A DNA stretch of 64,000 bases from Faecousia sp. Lineage in GTDB: Bacteria > Bacillota > Clostridia > Oscillospirales > Oscillospiraceae. Within the stretch, counting starts at the first letter, position 1. Each line of letters starts with the position of its first letter. The notes beneath the pieces were generated by a model that worked only from the letters and a program-made list of their open reading frames with translations, had not been told where the DNA came from and did not search any database. Position numbers and translations under genes: made by a program. The stretch is from contig JAZKZN010000028.1 in the NCBI GenBank assembly GCA_045612705.1, positions 1,287-65,286 on the forward strand. Direction: 5' to 3'. This document shows positions 58,834-64,000 of this stretch, piece after piece.

Positions 58834-59562
58834 ATGTATGCCATAAGGACTGCTAATCTAACTAAAAAATATAAGGATACAGTTGCGGTAGACCAATTAA
58901 ATTTGCAGGTTAAAAAAGGCGAATTGTTTTCTCTGCTCGGTGTAAATGGTGCCGGTAAAACGACAACAATTAAAATGCTGTCCTGTCTTGCACAACCTAC
59001 AGGCGGAGATGCCTTTCTTAACGGAAAAAGCATTTGCAAAGATACAGCCGCTGTAAAATCGCTAATTGCCGTTTCTCCGCAGGAAACTGCGGTCGCATCC
59101 GGACTTTCGGTTCGGGAGAATCTTGAGCTGATGTGCGGGGTTCACGGCTTTACAAAAGACAAGCAAAATATGAAAATTGCAGAACTGACCGAACGACTCG
59201 GACTTAAATCTGTTATGAAGAAAAAGGCAGGTAAACTGTCGGGTGGTTGGCAACGCAGACTGAGTATTGCCATGGCACTGATCAGCGAACCGGAGATATT
59301 GTTTCTTGACGAGCCAACGCTTGGTCTTGATGTACTTGCCCGAAGCGACTTGTGGGATTTGATACGTTCTCTTAAAGGGAAGGTTACCATTATTCTGACT
59401 ACGCACTATATGGAAGAAGCGGAAGCGCTCTCTGATCGTATCGCGATTATGAAAGAGGGAAAACTACTGATTTGTGATACTGCTGATAAGATAAAAGAAG
59501 CGGCAGGTACGGACAGTTTTGAGCAAGCCTTTGTGCGTATTGTTAAGGGGGTGGCAGAATGA
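58834..59562 (+). CDS. ABC-2 type exporter ATP-binding protein (cassette 3 cargo)
   Basis: GVNGAGKTT, LSGGWQRR, LDEPTLGLD, TTHYMEEAE. Confidence 0.92.
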   Translation: MYAIRTANLTKKYKDTVAVDQLNLQVKKGELFSLLGVNGAGKTTTIKMLSCLAQPTGGDAFLNGKSICKDTAAVKSLIAVSPQETAVASGLSVRENLELMCGVHGFTKDKQNMKIAELTERLGLKSVMKKKAGKLSGGWQRRLSIAMALISEPEILFLDEPTLGLDVLARSDLWDLIRSLKGKVTIILTTHYMEEAEALSDRIAIMKEGKLLICDTADKIKEAAGTDSFEQAFVRIVKGVAE

Positions 59563-60287
59563 GAATGCTGATATTTGCAAATAGAAACACAAAAGAAATA
59601 TTACGGGATCCGTTGAATTTGTTCTTTGGGCTCGGTTTTCCACTCGTTCTGATGCTATTGCTCAGTGCTATACAAGCAAATATCCCAGTAGAGCTGTTTG
59701 AAATACAACACCTGACTCCGGGTATAACCGTTTTCGGTTTGGCATTTGTGACATTGTTTTCTGCAACCATTATCGCAAAAGACAGAGGTAGTTCATTGCT
59801 TCAGCGTTTATATACCACGCCACTTACTCCAATGGATTTCATTCTCGGTTATACGCTGCCTATTATTCCAGTTTCTGTCGCTCAATGCGCTATCTGCTAT
59901 ATTGCGGCAATCTTTCTTGGCCTAAATATTAAGGTAAATATTTTATATGCTGTCGTATTCATTATACCTGTATCCATTCTCTACATTGCGTTAGGACTCC
60001 TTTGCGGAAGTGTATTGAATGATAAGCAGGTAGGCGGGATTTGTGGTGCTTTGCTTACCAACCTTTCAGCATGGTTGTCTGGCATTTGGTTTGATCTTGA
60101 CCTTGTAGGAGGTGCTTTCAAGAAGATAGCATACACACTTCCGTTTGTTCACGCAGTAGAGATGGAACGTGCGGTGCTCGCAGGAGATTATTCAGCAGTT
60201 TTCCCTCATCTTTGGTGGGTGCTTGGATATGCCGCTATTCTGCTCGTGTTAGCGGTGCTGCTATTCTTGCGACAAATGAAGAAATAG
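59559..60287 (+). CDS. ABC-2 type exporter permease (cassette 3 cargo)
   Basis: LRDP, six TM segments, LSGIWF; ATGA overlap with the ATPase. Confidence 0.88.
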   Translation: MRMLIFANRNTKEILRDPLNLFFGLGFPLVLMLLLSAIQANIPVELFEIQHLTPGITVFGLAFVTLFSATIIAKDRGSSLLQRLYTTPLTPMDFILGYTLPIIPVSVAQCAICYIAAIFLGLNIKVNILYAVVFIIPVSILYIALGLLCGSVLNDKQVGGICGALLTNLSAWLSGIWFDLDLVGGAFKKIAYTLPFVHAVEMERAVLAGDYSAVFPHLWWVLGYAAILLVLAVLLFLRQMKK

Positions 60288-60346
60288 TATTTATATAGTT
60301 TAGGGGATATGTATTTCTTTGTTGGACAATGAAAACGCCCTCGTTT

Positions 60347-60387
60347 TTTACGACAATTCTTACGACAAACCCAATAAAGTTATGACA
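60347..60387. repeat. Cluster of TTA(C/T)GACA arm-type repeats, right end of cassette 3
   Basis: tttacgaca 60347, cttacgaca 60359, gttatgaca 60379. Confidence 0.7.
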
Positions 60388-60485
60388 TTCTATGTGAGGT
60401 TATGTACTTTAATGAAAACGGGTTGGATTAACGAAGTCAGGAAATGAGAGGTTAAATCAATGTATAAGACATACTCAGTGGAAAT

Positions 60486-60510
60486 CCCCAGGATGAAGCC
60501 GTTGGATTGA
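60486..60510 (+). repeat. Fourth lysS-end copy (probable displaced original 3' end, attR)
   Basis: ccccaggatgaagccgttggattga reads P-R-M-K-P-L-D-stop; hairpin gcccctg...caggggc follows. Confidence 0.8.
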
Positions 60511-60655
60511 TGTGAATTACGCCCCTGCGTATCATGAATACACAGGGGCATTTTCGTATAAGTATGCAAAAAGAAAGACGTAGTTTCTGGTCCGTCAAGA
60601 CCCTTGCGAAAAGTAAAGTGTTGTGGTAAACTGAAAGAAAAAGGAGGTGGCTTTG

Positions 60656-61513
60656 GTGACAAGGAAAGCGAAAAAGGGGTTGGCTTTATCTGCGGCAGGC
60701 ATCTTGCTGCTGGCCAGCATACAGGTAATTTGGGGCAATACTGCGCTGGAAGTCACCACGCAGAGGATTGTCAGCGACCGCCTTCCGGAAACCTTTGACG
60801 GCTATCAAATCGCCCACATTTCCGATCTCCACAACGCCACCTTTGGCAAGGACAATAGTCAGCTTTTGGCGCTGCTTCGGGAAGCAAAGCCGGATATGAT
60901 CGCCATCACAGGGGATTTAATCGACTCCAGAAACACTGATATAGCAATAGCTTTGGCCTTTGCGGAGCAGGCAGTAGAGATCGCTCCCTGCTACTATGTG
61001 CCCGGCAACCACGAATCCCGGATAGGGGAGTATGAACAATTAAAAGAGGGACTGATTCGCTTGGGTGTCACTGTTTTAGAGGATACAAAGATTCGCCTTG
61101 ACCGCGGAGAGGAGAGCGTCTCTCTTGCGGGCGTCAGCGATCCCAGCTTTCAGACAGGGTATCCCGACGGGGAAGATGAAGCCGTGATGGAAGTTAAACT
61201 ACAGCAGCTGGGCGACAATGCCTCCTTCACGATCTTGTTGTCCCACCGCCCGGAGCTTATGAATGTTTATGCGAAATACGGTGTTGATCTTGTCCTCTCC
61301 GGACACGCCCACGGAGGTCAATTCCGCCTGCCTTTTATAGGAGGATTGGTCGCCCCAAACCAGGGATTTTTCCCGGCATATGACGCAGGCGTCTACCGAG
61401 AAAACGGTACGCAAATGGTAGTGAGCCGGGGAATCGGAAAGAGCATAATCCCGCTACGCTTTAATAACCGTCCGGAGATTGTGCTGATCCAGCTGAAATA
61501 CAAGGACGCATAA
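60656..61513 (+). CDS. Metallophosphoesterase (YkuE-like)
   Basis: ISDLH, TGDLID, GNHE, LSHRP, SGHAHGGQ, VSRGIG. Confidence 0.9.
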   Translation: MTRKAKKGLALSAAGILLLASIQVIWGNTALEVTTQRIVSDRLPETFDGYQIAHISDLHNATFGKDNSQLLALLREAKPDMIAITGDLIDSRNTDIAIALAFAEQAVEIAPCYYVPGNHESRIGEYEQLKEGLIRLGVTVLEDTKIRLDRGEESVSLAGVSDPSFQTGYPDGEDEAVMEVKLQQLGDNASFTILLSHRPELMNVYAKYGVDLVLSGHAHGGQFRLPFIGGLVAPNQGFFPAYDAGVYRENGTQMVVSRGIGKSIIPLRFNNRPEIVLIQLKYKDA

Positions 61514-61516
61514 AGT

Positions 61517-61546
61517 ACCCCCGGCACAGTTTTGTGCCGGGGGTAA
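61517..61546. terminator. Bidirectional terminator
   Basis: tacccccggcaca-gttt-tgtgccgggggta. Confidence 0.8.
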
Positions 61547-61551
61547 ACTAT

Positions 61552-62853
61552 TTAGTCGATAGCTGCCTTTGCGATCTTTGCGGCACCTACTGCGCCTGCA
61601 AAGCCCTGGTGTTTGGTGGTCACTGAAATGTTGCAGGCTTGTCCAATCAGATGCGCCCAGTAGGGATCCTCCGACGGTCCACCCACCATCACTGCTTCGG
61701 TGGCGGAAATGCCAACTGCTGCCAGCTTATCCAGACGGATTTTTAGCAGAGAAACCGCACTTTCCATAATGGCCCGCGCAATTTCTGCTTTGCCAAAGCC
61801 TGACATAGCAGCATCGTTCGGCTCGTCCAGCAGGTCAATCTGCAACCCGCCGGCGCCGGGGGTGCTTTGCTGCGCCAGGGAGGACATGACTTGGAAAGCT
61901 TCCTGAGAATCGTCAACATAGCGCCAAACATACAGCTTGAGACGGTCCGATAACGAAGCCACAGAGGTCATTGCGCCCCAACAACCTTCGGGAGAGAGAA
62001 AAGGATCCACAAGAAGCCGGGCATCCACCGCTTTTTGGCGATCCCGGACAGGGAAGAAGGCCACCCAGGATGTGCCGCAGGACAAAAGCATTTGCCCTTC
62101 TTGGGTCACATCAACACCTCGCGCAGCGGAGGGGTGATCAAAGCTGCCCAATATGACCGGCGTGTTTTCCGGCAGACCGCATTGCGCTGCTCCGCTTTCG
62201 GTCACATATCCCACAATGGACCCGCAGGCCATAACCGGCGGGAGTTTTGCTTCCGGCAGCTCCAAAGCCGCTAAAACTTCCGGGATATATGCGCCCTGCA
62301 CCTGGTCCAGCAGGTAAGAGGGCGTTGCCGCAGATGCGCTGATGCCCCATTTTCCGGTCAGTGTGTAGAAAAGATATTCTGTGGACATGCATACCATGGC
62401 GCAATTGACGAGCTGCTCCGGCGTATGCTTTTTAATATAGCAAAGCTGGGCCAGAGGGAAACTGCGTCCACCGAAAGGCCAGCCTGCCTTGCGGTAAAGG
62501 CATTCAGTGTCCACACAGGCCAAAACCTCCGCAGATTCCGTAGTGCCGCGACTATCCTGCCAGCCGATGATGTTGCACATTGGCCGGTCATTCTGATCCA
62601 GAAGCAAAAGGTTTCCGCTGGCAGAGGAGGCGCAAATGCCTGCGACTGCACCATCGCAGGCGTGGGAGGCCAGCTCCCGGATGGTATCAAAGCATACCTG
62701 CAGATATGCCTCGGGAGACAGCTCTACGATGCCACCTTTTTTGCGAATGTAAGAAAATATGCCTTTGGCAGTGTGCACTACTTCACCGTCGCCCCGGGTC
62801 AATACGCCCTTGACGGAGGAGGTGCCGATGTCCAATCCAATTATGTACTGCAT
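61552..62853 (-). CDS. FGGY family carbohydrate kinase (xylulokinase-like)
   Basis: GLDIGTSSVKG, WQDSR, FDHPSAA, SCGTS, VGG. Confidence 0.85.
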   Translation of the reverse strand: MQYIIGLDIGTSSVKGVLTRGDGEVVHTAKGIFSYIRKKGGIVELSPEAYLQVCFDTIRELASHACDGAVAGICASSASGNLLLLDQNDRPMCNIIGWQDSRGTTESAEVLACVDTECLYRKAGWPFGGRSFPLAQLCYIKKHTPEQLVNCAMVCMSTEYLFYTLTGKWGISASAATPSYLLDQVQGAYIPEVLAALELPEAKLPPVMACGSIVGYVTESGAAQCGLPENTPVILGSFDHPSAARGVDVTQEGQMLLSCGTSWVAFFPVRDRQKAVDARLLVDPFLSPEGCWGAMTSVASLSDRLKLYVWRYVDDSQEAFQVMSSLAQQSTPGAGGLQIDLLDEPNDAAMSGFGKAEIARAIMESAVSLLKIRLDKLAAVGISATEAVMVGGPSEDPYWAHLIGQACNISVTTKHQGFAGAVGAAKIAKAAID

Positions 62854-62862
62854 ACAAACTCC

Positions 62863-64000
62863 TTACTCCAGGACAACGACATCCATACCCAGGATCCGAC
62901 CTGTGAAAGCCAGTTCCTCGGGGGTCGCACCGTAGACAAAAATGCCATGGTGGGTCGCGCCGTGTATGCTGTGCGCCTCCAAAAACTCTGCGGTAGTCAT
63001 GTTGTCCGGTTTCATCCAGCCGCGGATGCACTTTGGGAAATTGTCGGTAGGGTAGTCCACAATCTGGCCGGAGGCCAGGAACATCTGATAGTTGTCCTTG
63101 CCGCGGCTGATATTTACATACACGCCTCGGCCGCCCATCATAGGCGCATAGGCTGCAAATGTATCTACGTGACCGCCCTTTTTACATAACAGAGGATGCC
63201 CCTTGGTGATGCTGTAGTTAACCTCGCCCATATGGCTCAGGAAGACCATGTCATTCTTCCAGTCGGGACAGAAGATCTCGACGAAGGAGGTGTTGGGGTA
63301 GGCAGACATGATCGCGCCCACAAAGGGGGAGGTGAGACCGTCGCCTTCGCCGGCATACCCGATGCCCCGGGACATAGCCTTGCAGCACTCAATAAAGGGC
63401 ATAAAGGGAACGGTGCGGAAATTAACGGAGAATGCAGTGCAGGCATGATCTTCTAAATAGCGACGCAGGGCAAGGCAGTTTTTGACTGCCGCTTCGTATT
63501 CCACATAGTCGATACCTTCGTCAAATTGGAAAAAGCGCTGATTTTCAGCAAGTTCAGCCTGCAGATCCGCCTGGCTGACCTGTTGAGCATAGGCGGTCAA
63601 AACCTCCGGAGCGACATAATCTGTGGTGATGCCAAAGCGTGTCTTCAGTTCCTGTGGATCGACGATAAAATCGCCCATTCCGTCAAAAGAACCGCCAAAT
63701 AGCGCTACCTTTGCGCCGTGAAGGGCCTTTGCCACAGATGCAGCTTTTATGTAGTCGCAGGCTTTTTCAATATAGCCGGGTTCTTCATAATGGCCGGCCA
63801 AAATCTTGTAGGGTTTTCCCCGGCGCTTCAGCATGCTGCACATATCCATAACGCCGTGGATGCCGTGATTATAGGAGATCTCCCTGCTGTCCTGCTCGTT
63901 GGTAAACTCCAGTGTTTCGGTGGTATCCAGCACGATGATGGGCAGCTGGGTTTTGCACAGAACATCAATAGACTCAAGAGAAGGGGAGTAGGCCATATGA
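62863..64000 (-). CDS. L-arabinose/L-fucose isomerase family protein (5'-truncated by window edge)
   Basis: NHGIHG, GYAGEGD, SHMGE, GATHH. Confidence 0.75.
   Translation of the reverse strand, partial: HMAYSPSLESIDVLCKTQLPIIVLDTTETLEFTNEQDSREISYNHGIHGVMDMCSMLKRRGKPYKILAGHYEEPGYIEKACDYIKAASVAKALHGAKVALFGGSFDGMGDFIVDPQELKTRFGITTDYVAPEVLTAYAQQVSQADLQAELAENQRFFQFDEGIDYVEYEAAVKNCLALRRYLEDHACTAFSVNFRTVPFMPFIECCKAMSRGIGYAGEGDGLTSPFVGAIMSAYPNTSFVEIFCPDWKNDMVFLSHMGEVNYSITKGHPLLCKKGGHVDTFAAYAPMMGGRGVYVNISRGKDNYQMFLASGQIVDYPTDNFPKCIRGWMKPDNMTTAEFLEAHSIHGATHHGIFVYGATPEELAFTGRILGMDVVVLE

Larger units (their letters stand above)
56931..60510. mobile_element. Tandem array of three integrase-less integrated cassettes at the lysS 3' end
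   Basis: Four copies of the lysS terminal sequence CCCCA(c/g)(g/a)ATGAAGCC at 56931, 57626, 58533 and 60486; AT-rich cargo; no recombinase gene. Confidence 0.85.

Noticed and set aside
60390-60662. 90-aa minus-strand ORF as a possible excisionase or integrase remnant
   Set aside because: It spans the att copy, terminator and next promoter; no RBS and no HTH or recombinase motif.
1-64000. tRNA, rRNA, CRISPR arrays, prophage or transposase genes
   Set aside because: None recognised by eye; a tRNAscan or Infernal run would be needed to exclude small RNAs.

Overview
Bacterial chromosomal window, moderately GC-rich, Firmicutes/Clostridia-like (T-box, SAM-I, FMN and cobalamin riboswitches, ECF transporters, sigmaA promoters; Oscillospiraceae-like is my inference). 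Left to right: partial metY; a LacI-controlled sugar locus (AEC transporter, fucU, class II aldolase, fucI, sugar ABC transporter, RhaB-like kinase, SrlD-like SDR, PHP protein, SorE-like reductase); enoate reductase plus two-subunit aconitase X; asnA; htrA; a ydjI/G/H-like SPFH, Zn-ribbon and TPM operon; Trp T-box with trpB2; YtrA-ABC; thyA-folA; a rhomboid-like Zn-finger protein; SAM-I with metK; uxuAB/AraC; a B12-riboswitch ECF transporter; a Re-citrate synthase, GntR, aconitase and Idh operon; FMN riboswitch with ribU; rsuA; cdaR-ftsEX-M23-M23-ctpA; greA-lysS; an AT-rich accessory region; a metallophosphoesterase; and a second sugar isomerase/kinase pair. Two observations stand out. (1) The last codons of lysS (P-T-M-K-P-L-D-stop) occur four times, at 56931, 57626, 58533 and 60486, each followed by its own terminator. 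They delimit three tandem, integrase-less mini-cassettes of 695, 907 and 1953 bp. Two of these share a 189-bp arm with an adjacent promoter driving a single cargo gene; the third has a different set of TTACGACA arm-like repeats. This looks like an integron-like array accreting at the lysS 3' end. (2) The second M23 gene (52913-53650) looks like a chimera of the CtpA N-terminus and the EnvC C-terminus, created at a tandem-duplication junction between its two neighbours. Product calls come from recognising motifs by eye, not from database searches.
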